64,000 bases of DNA from a virus (lineage: Duplodnaviria > Caudoviricetes): the IMG/VR virus record IMGVR_UViG_3300011890_000001, positions 192,001 through 256,000 of that record; one strand, written 5' to 3'. Below the pieces are notes generated by a model, which was not told the origin of the DNA, searched no databases, and saw only the letters and a program-made list of their open reading frames with translations. Shown here one piece after another: positions 1 to 9,365 of the stretch. The first letter of the stretch is position 1, and each line of letters begins with the position of its first letter. The position numbers and the translations under genes were made by a program.

Positions 1-170
1 GATAACTCCAGGAGAGGTTTTATGAGTGGTGGAAATAAGTGCCACTGTCATACTTTAAGTCACTATTGGGCTCAAGTGGTTTTTTACACCAATGACTGAT
101 TATTTGAGAACGTCCGTAAACATCATTAAAAGCCGTTCCCTTTCATAAATTTCCTTCTGGAGCTCGTAAC

Positions 171-926
171 ATGTTTGAAGCCGTCACCTACCACGAAAAG
201 CGCGTGGCTCTGTCCGAAGTCATCCTGAGCCAGGCACTGGGTATCCTGGACCTGATCATCGACACCAACACCCAGAAGGGCGCCCTGGCCGCGGCACATC
301 TGAACCAGCTGCGCCAGCAGTATGGTCAGGCCACTCAGGTGCTGGCTGACCAGGAAGCCGATCGTGTTCTGGGTCCGGTCGGTGAGGAGACCGAAGAAAC
401 CCTGACCCGTAACTATGTCCTGGGTGCTCTGACCAGCAACCTGGGCCGCACTTACCTGGGCGTGGAAAACACCGGTGCTGCAGACGGCGCCATCGGCACT
501 CCGGGCTTTGGGACCAAGTTCAAGGAGTGGCTGTCTTCGCTGCCGAAGCTGAAGGACGAGCTGCTGAACCCGACCACCGGTTTCTACCTGGACGGCGAAA
601 CCCTGATCGGTCAGGAAATCCCCTGCCTGATCATCCGCGACGGCGAAGTCGTCTATCATGTGGTCTACGCCGGCGGTCTGGGCATCCATGAACTGCATTT
701 GGATCACCTGCCGGAAGTCGCCCGCACCCCGCACCCGGTCGCCGGCTTCTCTCAGCTGCGCCGCGAATTCATCACCTATCGCAAGTCGCTGACCAAGGCA
801 CAGTTCAACGCCGCCCTGGCCTCGGCGATCGCCTCGTACACCGACACCCCGTTCGTCGAATACGTTGAGCCGGTGCAGGCAGCGACCCAGGTCGAAGAAA
901 ACAACGAAACTGCTACTGCCGAATAA
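171..926 (+). CDS. hypothetical phage protein (251 aa)
   Basis: ATG preceded by GGAG; strongly biased codons; followed by hairpin 947-969; no recognisable motif. Confidence 0.8.
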   Translation: MFEAVTYHEKRVALSEVILSQALGILDLIIDTNTQKGALAAAHLNQLRQQYGQATQVLADQEADRVLGPVGEETEETLTRNYVLGALTSNLGRTYLGVENTGAADGAIGTPGFGTKFKEWLSSLPKLKDELLNPTTGFYLDGETLIGQEIPCLIIRDGEVVYHVVYAGGLGIHELHLDHLPEVARTPHPVAGFSQLRREFITYRKSLTKAQFNAALASAIASYTDTPFVEYVEPVQAATQVEENNETATAE

Positions 927-1006
927 ACGGCGGTAGTTGACGAGCAGCCCCGCGTGGAAAACGCGGGGCACTCAACCGCCCCCTTTTATAAAGAGTAGTC
1001 ACCAAC

Positions 1007-2485
1007 ATGCTTAGCACTCACTTCAAGCGCGCACCTTCGATCCGTCCTCAGCTGAACATTGGCAGCATCTGGGATCTTCCCAATGGTCGCTACTATATCG
1101 GCAAGAAGGGCGAGTCCATTCTCAATGGCGGTTTGTCTTTCTACACCGGCGTTGGCGGTAAGGGTAACACCTTCAAATCCACCGTCATGCACGATCAGCT
1201 GCTGACCGCAATGGACCGATACGGTAGCGCGCAGGCTAACGTGTTCGACACTGAGATGTCACTGACCAACGAGCGCATGTATCAGCTTGCTGCGCGTAAG
1301 GACAACATCGGCGGGGTGGATCTGGAAGCCGAAGGTCGCATGCTCATCACCGACAACACCGTGATGATGGGCGACGAGTGGTTCGAGGCAGTCAAGACAT
1401 ACGCTGCTGAACGGCAGGGTAAGGATCAGATCAAGACGTACAAGCGCACCACGCCGTTCATTGACCGGCAGTCGGGTAAGTTGTTTGAATCACTTTCCCC
1501 ACTGATCTGTGAAGTCGACTCCCTGTCGATGATGGTGACCTCTGCGCTGCAGGGTATCCTCGATAAGGCCGAGATCGGCAACAGCGGTACCAATACCGCT
1601 GCACTGCGTGACGCAGCCGTCAAGACTCAGATGCTGAATCAGCTTCCGACCCTGACTGCTAAGTACAACGTGTTCATGATGCACAGTGCCCACGTGGGCA
1701 AGCAGCATCAGCTCGACCCCTACGCGCCGCCGGCGCGGCAGCTGAACACCCTGAAGGGGCAGAACGCTTTCAAGAACGTTCCCGAGAAGTTTACCTTCCT
1801 CCCGAACAATCTGTACTACGTCCACTCTGTTGAAATCCTACTGAACAAGGGCGACAAGGCTCCGGAGTTCCCGAAGGATCGCGACGACAAGATGGCTGGC
1901 GACAATGATCTGCAGCAGTTGATCATTCAGAACCTTCGCGCTAAGAGTGGTCCGACTGGTATGCCCATGCCGGTGATCGTCTCCCAGAGCGAAGGCGTGC
2001 AGCGCAGTCTGACTGAGTTCGTTCAGATTCGCGACTTCAACCGTTTCGGCCTGGGTGGTAACCTCCAGAACTACCATCTGGAACTTCTGCCTGACGTCAA
2101 CCTGTCGCGCACCACCATTCGTGGCAAGCTGAACGAAAGCGCCAAGCTGCGCCGTGCGATGGAAATCACGTGGGAACTGGCCTACATGTACTATGTGGGC
2201 TACCGCACCGAAGAAACTGTCGAAGCACTGGCCGGTGAGGAAGAAGTCCTCGATAAGGACCTGGCTGTCACTGCCAAGGAACTGTACGACGGCCTGACCG
2301 CCAAGGGTTACAACTGGGACGAGCTCCTGGACACCCGCGGTTACTGGATGTATGTGGAAGACGAGAAGGAAGATACCAAGCCCTTCCTGTCGACCATGGA
2401 TCTGCTGCGCATGCACGCAGGTCTGTACCATCCGTACTGGATGAAGGAAAAGCCGACCCCTAAGAAGGTCGAAGAAAAGAAGTAA
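1007..2485 (+). CDS. uvsX: UvsX/RecA-like recombinase (phiKZ gp152-like)
   Basis: N-terminal RPQLNIG..D.PNG.Y..G..GE.ILNGG; Walker A GKGNTFKS; FDTE and EVDSLS motifs; ~490 aa typical of jumbo-phage UvsX. Confidence 0.9.
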   Translation: MLSTHFKRAPSIRPQLNIGSIWDLPNGRYYIGKKGESILNGGLSFYTGVGGKGNTFKSTVMHDQLLTAMDRYGSAQANVFDTEMSLTNERMYQLAARKDNIGGVDLEAEGRMLITDNTVMMGDEWFEAVKTYAAERQGKDQIKTYKRTTPFIDRQSGKLFESLSPLICEVDSLSMMVTSALQGILDKAEIGNSGTNTAALRDAAVKTQMLNQLPTLTAKYNVFMMHSAHVGKQHQLDPYAPPARQLNTLKGQNAFKNVPEKFTFLPNNLYYVHSVEILLNKGDKAPEFPKDRDDKMAGDNDLQQLIIQNLRAKSGPTGMPMPVIVSQSEGVQRSLTEFVQIRDFNRFGLGGNLQNYHLELLPDVNLSRTTIRGKLNESAKLRRAMEITWELAYMYYVGYRTEETVEALAGEEEVLDKDLAVTAKELYDGLTAKGYNWDELLDTRGYWMYVEDEKEDTKPFLSTMDLLRMHAGLYHPYWMKEKPTPKKVEEKK

Positions 2486-2494
2486 AGGCTTAGC

Positions 2495-2520
2495 CCCCTT
2501 ACCCCAACTGGGGTAAGGGG
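2495..2520 (+). terminator. GC-rich hairpin after uvsX
   Basis: CCCCTTACCCCA / TGGGGTAAGGGG inverted repeat just after the stop codon. Confidence 0.6.
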
Positions 2521-2540
2521 TCCTCTTTGAGAAACAAGAT

Positions 2541-2894
2541 ATGTCCCCGACTTCCGCAACCAATGAAATGCGTCATCCTGTTACCGTGGCGATGTACACT
2601 GCCTTGTGTGCGCAAAACATTGACAATGCATGGCGCTTCCGTCAAACCTACCGTGAACCCAGTAGCAACGACGACGCAGACCACTTGGATGCGGCGTTGG
2701 ACTATTGGCTTGACCAGTTCTCCCAAGTACCCTACTGCGATACTCGGGATACTCGCTACACTCTGAATGGGTGTCGCGATGTCTCTGACTTCGCACGTCT
2801 GTTTGCCACACACGTCGTTCGGCAGGTTGTCGAGTTGAATCTCCCCTTCTGTTCTTCACCTACCCCGAAGTTCCATCGTGGCCGACCTTTCTAA
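2541..2894 (+). CDS. hypothetical protein (117 aa)
   Basis: ATG ORF filling the space between two hairpins. Confidence 0.6.
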   Translation: MSPTSATNEMRHPVTVAMYTALCAQNIDNAWRFRQTYREPSSNDDADHLDAALDYWLDQFSQVPYCDTRDTRYTLNGCRDVSDFARLFATHVVRQVVELNLPFCSSPTPKFHRGRPF

Positions 2895-2901
2895 TACCTA
2901 G

Positions 2902-2934
2902 TCCCTCTTTCCCGTCGAGGAAAGAGGGATTATG
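2902..2934 (+). terminator. hairpin followed by TTATG
   Basis: TCCCTCTTTCC / GGAAAGAGGGA stem then TTATG. Confidence 0.6.
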
Positions 2935-2957
2935 TGTACTGTTTACTTTGGTGACTT

Positions 2958-3623
2958 ATGTCTAACCGTGAAAAGGCCATGAAGGTTTGTGTTGAGGGGC
3001 TGAAGTCTATGTTCCCCGGCACGGACATTCCTGAGACTGTGGCAAAGAATCTTTCGATGCTCAGCGATGAGCAATTCGACAACTACATGAAAGACGTGCG
3101 CGCTGGAAAGGAAGTAATTTCCGTCGCCGTTCCGAACCTGACCGATACGAAGGTCAGCATCGACGCGCTGTTTGCGACTGCAAAGCAGTGGGACTACGAT
3201 CCGTTCCAACAGATCTGGCTCACCGATGCTAAGACCGGCACCACTTACCTGACCCCAGAAAAGTATCTGGTGGTTTATCTACCGATCCGTCGACAGCAGC
3301 AGACTCTGACTGGTAAGATCTCGATCCCGGACCATAACCGCTCCTTTGACGATCTGTCTGGTCAGGTAACAGGCGACTCCAAGGGCGCCAGCCTGTCACT
3401 GCCTGAAATTCAGATCCTGCGTTCGCAGGGGCTAGACCGACCGATCTTGGAACTCATCAAGGTGCGTGGTGGTGACCATGAAGCAATGCGTGCGGCGCAT
3501 CGTCAGATCATCGAGACGGGTGACGCTGGTCTGGACGGACTGTTGTCTGTCGGCACGCGCGTTAAGTCGACCGAAACCCTGAGTGCTCAGCTCACTGCGC
3601 AGCACATTCAAAACAATTTGTAA
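2958..3623 (+). CDS. virion RNA polymerase beta subunit, C-terminal piece (phiKZ gp149-like)
   Basis: SGQVTGDSKGASLSLPEIQIL...ELIKVRGGD aligns by eye with the RpoB C-terminal GGQRFGEMEVWAL...EMLTVKSDD; synteny with uvsX. Confidence 0.85.
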   Translation: MSNREKAMKVCVEGLKSMFPGTDIPETVAKNLSMLSDEQFDNYMKDVRAGKEVISVAVPNLTDTKVSIDALFATAKQWDYDPFQQIWLTDAKTGTTYLTPEKYLVVYLPIRRQQQTLTGKISIPDHNRSFDDLSGQVTGDSKGASLSLPEIQILRSQGLDRPILELIKVRGGDHEAMRAAHRQIIETGDAGLDGLLSVGTRVKSTETLSAQLTAQHIQNNL

Positions 3624-3644
3624 GCTCATTAAGGAGCATTTGTA

Positions 3645-4172
3645 ATGGCCGCTATGGAAATCACACCGCTACTCTTGGATACGGTCCGCAGTAAGATCAG
3701 TGATCTGATCGAGCACTACGCGACGATCGCGACAGCCAACATGTCAGTGCGGGCCGACTTCAACGGCTTGATGGTGCGCATTCTTCAAACCGATCTTCAG
3801 TTGGTTTCGTCGGAGACCGACCTGGCCGAACTCTGGATGGCTGTGCGTGCCGGCTCGAACGGGTTCACCTTCTTTACTGATGCGTCGCGCATCTGTAGGG
3901 AATACTTTGGTCAGGACCATGAAGCGCTGTCTCGTTACTTTGGTGGCCTGCTGGCCGTGCACCTGCCGGCCGTTCGCGACCTGAACAAAACCTCAATTCC
4001 TCAAAGTGACCTGGAACGCCTTACCGAGCACGATGAAGCCGTCGGTATCTTGAAGTACAACCCCTGGATCATTCCGATTTACATGATTCAAACGTCCCCC
4101 AGATTCCGGGAAATGGAACTAGAGATCCATCGGGTCACGTCCCGGGGTGCTGCCGCGGAGACGTCTGAATGA
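3645..4172 (+). CDS. hypothetical protein (175 aa)
   Basis: AAGGAG RBS; co-oriented in operon. Confidence 0.75.
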   Translation: MAAMEITPLLLDTVRSKISDLIEHYATIATANMSVRADFNGLMVRILQTDLQLVSSETDLAELWMAVRAGSNGFTFFTDASRICREYFGQDHEALSRYFGGLLAVHLPAVRDLNKTSIPQSDLERLTEHDEAVGILKYNPWIIPIYMIQTSPRFREMELEIHRVTSRGAAAETSE

Positions 4173-4960
4173 TTGACGCAGCAGACTCCATTGCATACGT
4201 CGAATTGGATGCACTACTCGATACCAGGTTGGCTACGATTGCCAAACACGATCCAGAAGCAGCCAAGCGCATCTTTGCCGACCCACGCTACTTCGAGCGT
4301 GAGCGTGATGACTTCACCGAACTGTGCGGTCTTGACCTCGATCAGTTTAAGGCTCTGTACGCACAGCGAGACCTAGAGGTACTCACGGCATCTACGATGA
4401 CCGAGATGCCTTTCGTTCTGGAGCGCATTGTTCGCGAACTGGAGAAAGACTCCATTGATACCCCATTCGTGGGTCGCACCATCGTAGAGGTGAATCACTA
4501 TCCCTACAAACTCGATGCAGAGTCACTGGAGAATCTTCAGCTGGGCATCATGGCGCGAGCTGGCCTGCAGACAGAAGTCCGCATGGTCTATATCGAACCG
4601 AGAGCCTTGACCCCCACCTATGTGCGCGGTCGCTACTCCGGTATGATTCTCTACAGTCTGCGCGATTGGCTGGAGAACCACCTGGAAGAGTTCAAGCATG
4701 TTCGCATGCCGCGCGTCACCGTCATGGCGCCGGCGCTCTATGAGGTCAAGGAGAATTTCCCGGCGGCTGAGCTGCGGGCCGAAGGACTGAAAGAAAACAT
4801 CACGCCGTTTATTCTCACTGAACTGGCGCTGATCGAATTGTTCAGCCTGACCCTACTGCCGGCGTTCGCCTTCAGCATCATTCGTTTGGATGGTCGTGTG
4901 CGCATCGAAGAACCAGAGCATGCGCCACGTCTGGTGCTTCGTCCCACGCGGGAACTTTGA
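4169..4960 (+). CDS. conserved jumbo-phage protein with degenerate HAD-like N-terminus (phiKZ gp147-like)
   Basis: YVELDALLDTRL resembles HAD motif I (DxD to ExD); 4-nt overlap with upstream gene. Confidence 0.6.
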   Translation: MIDAADSIAYVELDALLDTRLATIAKHDPEAAKRIFADPRYFERERDDFTELCGLDLDQFKALYAQRDLEVLTASTMTEMPFVLERIVRELEKDSIDTPFVGRTIVEVNHYPYKLDAESLENLQLGIMARAGLQTEVRMVYIEPRALTPTYVRGRYSGMILYSLRDWLENHLEEFKHVRMPRVTVMAPALYEVKENFPAAELRAEGLKENITPFILTELALIELFSLTLLPAFAFSIIRLDGRVRIEEPEHAPRLVLRPTREL

Positions 4961-4962
4961 CG

Positions 4963-5003
4963 GCATAAAACCCCGCCCTTTCTCGGGGCGGGGTTTTATT
5001 TAT
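4963..5003. terminator. bidirectional terminator between convergent genes
   Basis: GCATAAAACCCCGCCC...GGGCGGGGTTTTATTTAT. Confidence 0.8.
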
Positions 5004-5507
5004 TCAGTTCTCTTCACCGAAGACAGACTGGTACGTGTCGGTCGAGACGCCCACCTTTGTTTCGTCGGGCACGAGCTCCAGGGGCGGGAGATCGGCCTGA
5101 TCGATGGACGGAGGCTGACCTGTCGATGCTGCGGCGGACTGATCGTCCACGCGGAACATGTTGGTGCCCAGCTTGTCCAGCAGGGTCTTGGCGATGAGGT
5201 TGGCTTCGCGGTCCACTGCGGTGCTCTTTTCCTTAGCGCCGACCGCCTTGATCTTGGCAGCCTGGCTGTCCAGATCCTTCAGCATGTCCAGTACGAGTTT
5301 GGCTTCCTTGGGGTCTGCCGGCAGATTACCGCCATTGTCCTCCATGATCCGCTCTACTTCTTTCATGCGGATACGGCGGGTATAGTCAAAGACCTGGTCT
5401 TCGTCCCGCGCGGTGACCGCGGCAATCAGCTTTTCCAAATTGGGCCTGACCGCCGGCTGGCTGGGCAGCCCGGGTAGGTTATCGGAAACGTCGATACCCT
5501 GGGACAT
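5004..5507 (-). CDS. helical hypothetical protein (167 aa)
   Basis: start placed at the ATG after GGAGGT; typical codon usage; ends at terminator. Confidence 0.75.
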   Translation of the reverse strand: MSQGIDVSDNLPGLPSQPAVRPNLEKLIAAVTARDEDQVFDYTRRIRMKEVERIMEDNGGNLPADPKEAKLVLDMLKDLDSQAAKIKAVGAKEKSTAVDREANLIAKTLLDKLGTNMFRVDDQSAAASTGQPPSIDQADLPPLELVPDETKVGVSTDTYQSVFGEEN

Positions 5508-5523
5508 AAATACCTCCATTGAA

Positions 5524-5545
5524 AAAATTTACATCTACATATTAT
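5524..5545 (+). promoter_or_regulatory. putative phage early/middle promoter
   Basis: AAAATTTAC...CATATTAT, similar to phiKZ pre-replicative promoter motifs. Confidence 0.45.
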
Positions 5546-5562
5546 CTCACTGATGACCATTA

Positions 5563-6099
5563 ATGGATGGACACATGTATAAAAAGATCGTAAGCTTTTT
5601 CAGCTCGCTGGTAAAGCGGTCTGAGAAGAGTTTTGCAAAAGAGGACGAAGACTTCATCCGTAGACACGCTCCTTTGGAAAGTGCAATGGGTATCAAATAC
5701 CTACTGGATCAAGTCAATGCCCTGAATCTGGTTGACCCGACCTACGTGACTTTGCGTGAGGTCGTCATTCATTCGCACCATGCGACCGTTGAGGAACTCA
5801 TCCAAGCCCTTACTGTCAAGACGCGCCTGATCGAGCAGGACAGCGTTCTGACAAGCGGTGCAAGGATGGACAAGTCCGTTATCCTGGACGACTACCTGAC
5901 CGGTAAAAGCGGCGAGGCTGTCCTTCTGACCGACTCTGTTTTCCGACTCACCCACTGGTTGCTGCAGTATTGTAACGCCATGGAGCGGGTCGAACTAGAA
6001 CGCAATTCGAAGTTGACTTACTATATGCGCTTAACTATTTTGGAAGTGGAAGACGCTATCACTTTCCTCAAAGTTGCGCGCAGTCTCTCAATTCGATAA
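5563..6099 (+). CDS. hypothetical protein with amphipathic N-terminus
   Basis: 178-aa ORF; start may be 5575 (MYKKIVSFFSSLVKR). Confidence 0.7.
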   Translation: MDGHMYKKIVSFFSSLVKRSEKSFAKEDEDFIRRHAPLESAMGIKYLLDQVNALNLVDPTYVTLREVVIHSHHATVEELIQALTVKTRLIEQDSVLTSGARMDKSVILDDYLTGKSGEAVLLTDSVFRLTHWLLQYCNAMERVELERNSKLTYYMRLTILEVEDAITFLKVARSLSIR

Positions 6100-6145
6100 C
6101 TATCTAGGGTCGCCCGCCGGGACCCTATTTCTTGTAGAGGTAGCA

Positions 6146-6739
6146 ATGACCAAAGAAGCCGACGACATCCTCAACGATGATGACAAAGGCGTCCGCCGCG
6201 CCCGAGGCATTCTCTCGTTGTTCTGGAGAAGGTTGCTACAGATTCGTAAAATCGATGGCGATAAGTGGGATCGCTTGATGACCGCATATTTGTCGGACCC
6301 ACGCAATGGCGTGCCCGACAACCCACGTGACCGGTCTTCCACTCGCGGCAATATCAACCGCGAGCTGCGACGCGACAACATGACCTGGAAGGTGTTCCTT
6401 AAGGCGCTGAACTTCAGTGGTGCCGTCAAGGTCTCATTCCAGGTGACCGTGTCGTTCAAGGACAACAAGACCTGTAAGCTCTCCGCAATGCTTCAGGATC
6501 AACGTGTCACGCTCAATGTAATCGAAGATGAGTCTGATCTGGACGATACGCTGCCAGAGATCCCGGAAGTACCTGAGATCGACGAAAACACCAAGGTCGA
6601 TGTCACGTACCAAAGGCCGCGCATGGCCGGTAGTCCGCCGGTTTCCACCAGGACCATCAATGACCCGCATCATCGTCAGTTTGACACACTGAAACGTGCC
6701 GTGGCTCGCTTCCTACCAAGGTCCGACCAGGGTAAATGA
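6146..6739 (+). CDS. conserved jumbo-phage hypothetical protein (197 aa)
   Basis: GAGGT RBS before ATG 6146; RGN..REL..DNMTWKVF.KAL motif; followed by terminator. Confidence 0.75.
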   Translation: MTKEADDILNDDDKGVRRARGILSLFWRRLLQIRKIDGDKWDRLMTAYLSDPRNGVPDNPRDRSSTRGNINRELRRDNMTWKVFLKALNFSGAVKVSFQVTVSFKDNKTCKLSAMLQDQRVTLNVIEDESDLDDTLPEIPEVPEIDENTKVDVTYQRPRMAGSPPVSTRTINDPHHRQFDTLKRAVARFLPRSDQGK

Positions 6740-6745
6740 GCAAAG

Positions 6746-6777
6746 GGTACGGGCGGTTATCCGCCCGTACCTTTATG
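6746..6777 (+). terminator. hairpin followed by TTTATG
   Basis: GGTACGGGCGG-TTAT-CCGCCCGTACC-TTTATG. Confidence 0.75.
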
Positions 6778-6872
6778 GTCTTTGGCACCGCATGATAGTG
6801 TGACAGTAGGAAACACTCCTAATGAACAACGGCGGTTCCACCAAGAACCACTACCCCTTCCGGTAACTACAC

Positions 6873-7445
6873 ATGACTGACATCAAACCCCTCGAACCCG
6901 ACGAACGTCCAAATCCAGACAACGATGGTGTTGACCACATCAACATCTATTCCAAAGGACGCACGCCTCTGGGACGAATGCTCTCCAATTTCGCCCACAT
7001 CATTTTCTACCATCCGAAGCATGGAGTATTTGCTTCGGTTGAGGCGTATTGGTACTGGCTCGCCACCGGCATGAAGCACGACGGTCTGCGCCGTCTGTAC
7101 GGCGCTTCTGCAAAGTCAGCGGGTATTCGTGAGCTTCCGGTGAAGATGGCAGACGAGGAGTTCCGCCGTCACATCTGCGACGCTCTGACTCTGAAGGTTG
7201 CCCAGAATCTCCAACTGGCCAAGGCACTGAGTGTCAGCACGCTGCCCCTGCGGCATTATTATGCTTACGGTGCATGCAAGCCAGCGGTTCATGAGAACAA
7301 GAAGCATCAATGGCAGTTGGATCACATCCAGATGCTGCGTGACCGGGTTTCTGAGGGACAGCCGTTGTTTATCTCCGACGGCACCAACGCCGCGTTGATG
7401 AGCGTGGCCCCTGTCGAAGAATGCGTCGTGAGCGACGACGACTGA
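6873..7445 (+). CDS. NADAR-family (T4 gp30.3-like) putative ADP-ribosyl hydrolase
   Basis: LSNF, FASVEAYW and ALTLKVAQN motifs match the NADAR pattern LSNF...SxEx(Y/F)...KFxQN. Confidence 0.55.
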   Translation: MTDIKPLEPDERPNPDNDGVDHINIYSKGRTPLGRMLSNFAHIIFYHPKHGVFASVEAYWYWLATGMKHDGLRRLYGASAKSAGIRELPVKMADEEFRRHICDALTLKVAQNLQLAKALSVSTLPLRHYYAYGACKPAVHENKKHQWQLDHIQMLRDRVSEGQPLFISDGTNAALMSVAPVEECVVSDDD

Positions 7446-7448
7446 AAT

Positions 7449-7482
7449 AAAGAGAGGAGCCTTCGGGCTCCTCTCTTTTATG
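7449..7482 (+). terminator. intrinsic terminator, UUCG loop, ending TTTTATG
   Basis: AAAGAGAGGAGCC-TTCG-GGCTCCTCTCTTT-TATG. Confidence 0.85.
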
Positions 7483-7505
7483 GTGCTTGTTTTTTTTTCT
7501 CAATC

Positions 7506-7511
7506 CTATGA
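7506..7511 (+). promoter_or_regulatory. putative late promoter (CTATGA)
   Basis: phiKZ late promoters have a TATG core; the same hexamer precedes several structural genes here. Confidence 0.45.
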
Positions 7512-7542
7512 TAGCTATTACATTACCTTTAGGTGAAAGTCC

Positions 7543-9096
7543 ATGTCTAACAACCGTTTTGGTGTCGTTCGGGAAAACGTAGGTCTGGTTGCCGGTCAGG
7601 TGCAAATCAACACTTCCGGTACGAATATCACGAACCCCATCGTGACAGGGTACCGTACCGAGTCGATGCTTTCTGGACTCGTACGTGAGGAGGGTAGCGC
7701 TGCCTTGCGGAAGGCTGCAGGTAGTTTGGCCAGTAAACGTCTGAATCGTATCATCAATGACAATCTGGCTAACATCTCAACGACTGGGATCAATCAGAAG
7801 GCCCTTAACAAGGCCGTAGAGGCCGCCCGTTCTGCGGCCGACAAGATCGGTAGTGTGCTGGGCGGAAAGAGCAGCCTGAGCAGCCTAACGAGCACCGTCT
7901 CCAGTGCAGGTAGCAATCTGGAGAAAACCATCACCAACTCAGTCACCGGTACAGTGGATCGTCTTGCTAGTTCTGCACAAGACAAACTCTCAAAGGCAGT
8001 AACTGGTGCGCTGGGTAACTCGGTGGGCGGTCTGTTGGGTGAACAGCTCTCTAAGCTGAGCGACACTGCGGCCAAGAACCTGGCTGGCGCACGACTGGCT
8101 CCAGGCTTCCTGGAGAACGGCCCAGACGAGGCTCTGGCTGCTACTGACGTTTATGGTCTCAGTGACAGCAGTATTCTCAACAACGCAAAGTCGGGTATTA
8201 GCGATATGGCCAGTAAGGCCTTCGACACTATCCGCAAGTCTTCCGGCAGTCTGCTGACCGACCTGGTGAAAGCCAAGCTGCGCGGGGACGATAACGCCGT
8301 CAATAACTTTAAGGACAATCTCTCTAGTCGTGTTCTTGGTACCTTGGGCGGTAAGTCGGGCATTCTGGATAGTCTTGCTCCCGACCTGAAGAATTCGGTG
8401 ATGGGTGCGTTCGGCTTGAATGGTTCAGACTTCAACTCCGCTATGGTGGAAATCGGTGGAGTGCTGCGCCGAGTTGATGCAGAGAACATGGACGCCACTC
8501 GGTCCATCCTCACACTGGCTAACAACCTTACGCGCACCTCCGTAGTTGGACGCGTGGTTGACATTGCGGCCGAGTCCTCACTACTGGCCGGTGTGGTACG
8601 CGAGGCTATCAACCTCGGGGTGCCAGACATCGTCGACATCCTGATTGAAAATGCTAAGACCACCGAAGTTGGTGAGATTGCCATGCGGGCGAACATGATC
8701 GTGGCTATCGAGAAGGGCGACCTTGCTACGATCCAGACCATGGTCACGCGTATGGGTCGGGAAGGGTATCTGTCATACGTACCCGACGCCATTCGCCAGA
8801 TCGGCAGTTACTATCGCATCCCGTCCACGCTGGCCGAGACGGACTATCCGACTGAACTTAATCGGATGCTCCAGATCTTCAATCAACTCGATCCTCACTG
8901 GCGTGAAGTTGATCGTGGCGGTACCAGCATCAGCAGCCTGGCAGTTTACTCCGGGCTCAGTGAGGATGCACGCACGCTCTTCTTGACCGACCCTAGCCTT
9001 CAGCTAGAGGTGGCAGTGGCTACGGGCTACACCAATCTGCTGGATGGTCGCGTGATGCTCAAAAACGCCTACCCGCTTGCACCGTTTAACCCATAA
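7543..9096 (+). CDS. probable virion structural protein (517 aa), Ser/Ala/Gly-rich N-terminal half
   Basis: AGGT RBS; late-promoter motif upstream; adjacent to tail genes; function inferred from context only. Confidence 0.6.
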   Translation: MSNNRFGVVRENVGLVAGQVQINTSGTNITNPIVTGYRTESMLSGLVREEGSAALRKAAGSLASKRLNRIINDNLANISTTGINQKALNKAVEAARSAADKIGSVLGGKSSLSSLTSTVSSAGSNLEKTITNSVTGTVDRLASSAQDKLSKAVTGALGNSVGGLLGEQLSKLSDTAAKNLAGARLAPGFLENGPDEALAATDVYGLSDSSILNNAKSGISDMASKAFDTIRKSSGSLLTDLVKAKLRGDDNAVNNFKDNLSSRVLGTLGGKSGILDSLAPDLKNSVMGAFGLNGSDFNSAMVEIGGVLRRVDAENMDATRSILTLANNLTRTSVVGRVVDIAAESSLLAGVVREAINLGVPDIVDILIENAKTTEVGEIAMRANMIVAIEKGDLATIQTMVTRMGREGYLSYVPDAIRQIGSYYRIPSTLAETDYPTELNRMLQIFNQLDPHWREVDRGGTSISSLAVYSGLSEDARTLFLTDPSLQLEVAVATGYTNLLDGRVMLKNAYPLAPFNP

Positions 9097-9099
9097 CAG

Positions 9100-9143
9100 C
9101 ATAAGCCCACCACTGACCGTAGGCGGTCAGTGGTGGGCTTATG
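9100..9143. terminator. perfect 20-bp hairpin with CATAA/TTATG ends
   Basis: CATAAGCCCACCACTGACCG-TAGG-CGGTCAGTGGTGGGCTTATG. Confidence 0.8.
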
Positions 9144-9350
9144 GGTTGAGACGCTGCGTCCTTCCTGTAAGGATGACTTCATCCCGTGCTAATCTAAAGA
9201 AGAGGAGAGTTTTTGCGTAGTGGTAATCTGCGCGTGTCCTTCAGAAATTTAGTCGCACCCCTGCCGGGTGTGCTAGTTTCTTCTTTAGTGTTGGGACCGT
9301 CTAGGTAGTTTGGTTGGGGGCGTCGTCTCTACAGGGTAAGGAGCCCCTGT
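9143..9350 (+). ncRNA. candidate structured ncRNA (~200 nt)
   Basis: ORF-free convergent gap; nested stems GAGACG/CGTCTC, CTAAAGAAGA/TCTTCTTTAG, GCACCC/GGGTGT, TGCGTAG/CTGCGCG; G-U pairs favour the + strand. Confidence 0.5.
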
Positions 9351-9365
9351 TGAAAAATACTGCGA

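Noticed and set aside
22-99. 25-aa ORF with strong RBS (GGAGAGG) at the window start
   Set aside because: Too short, and upstream context is missing; cannot be supported
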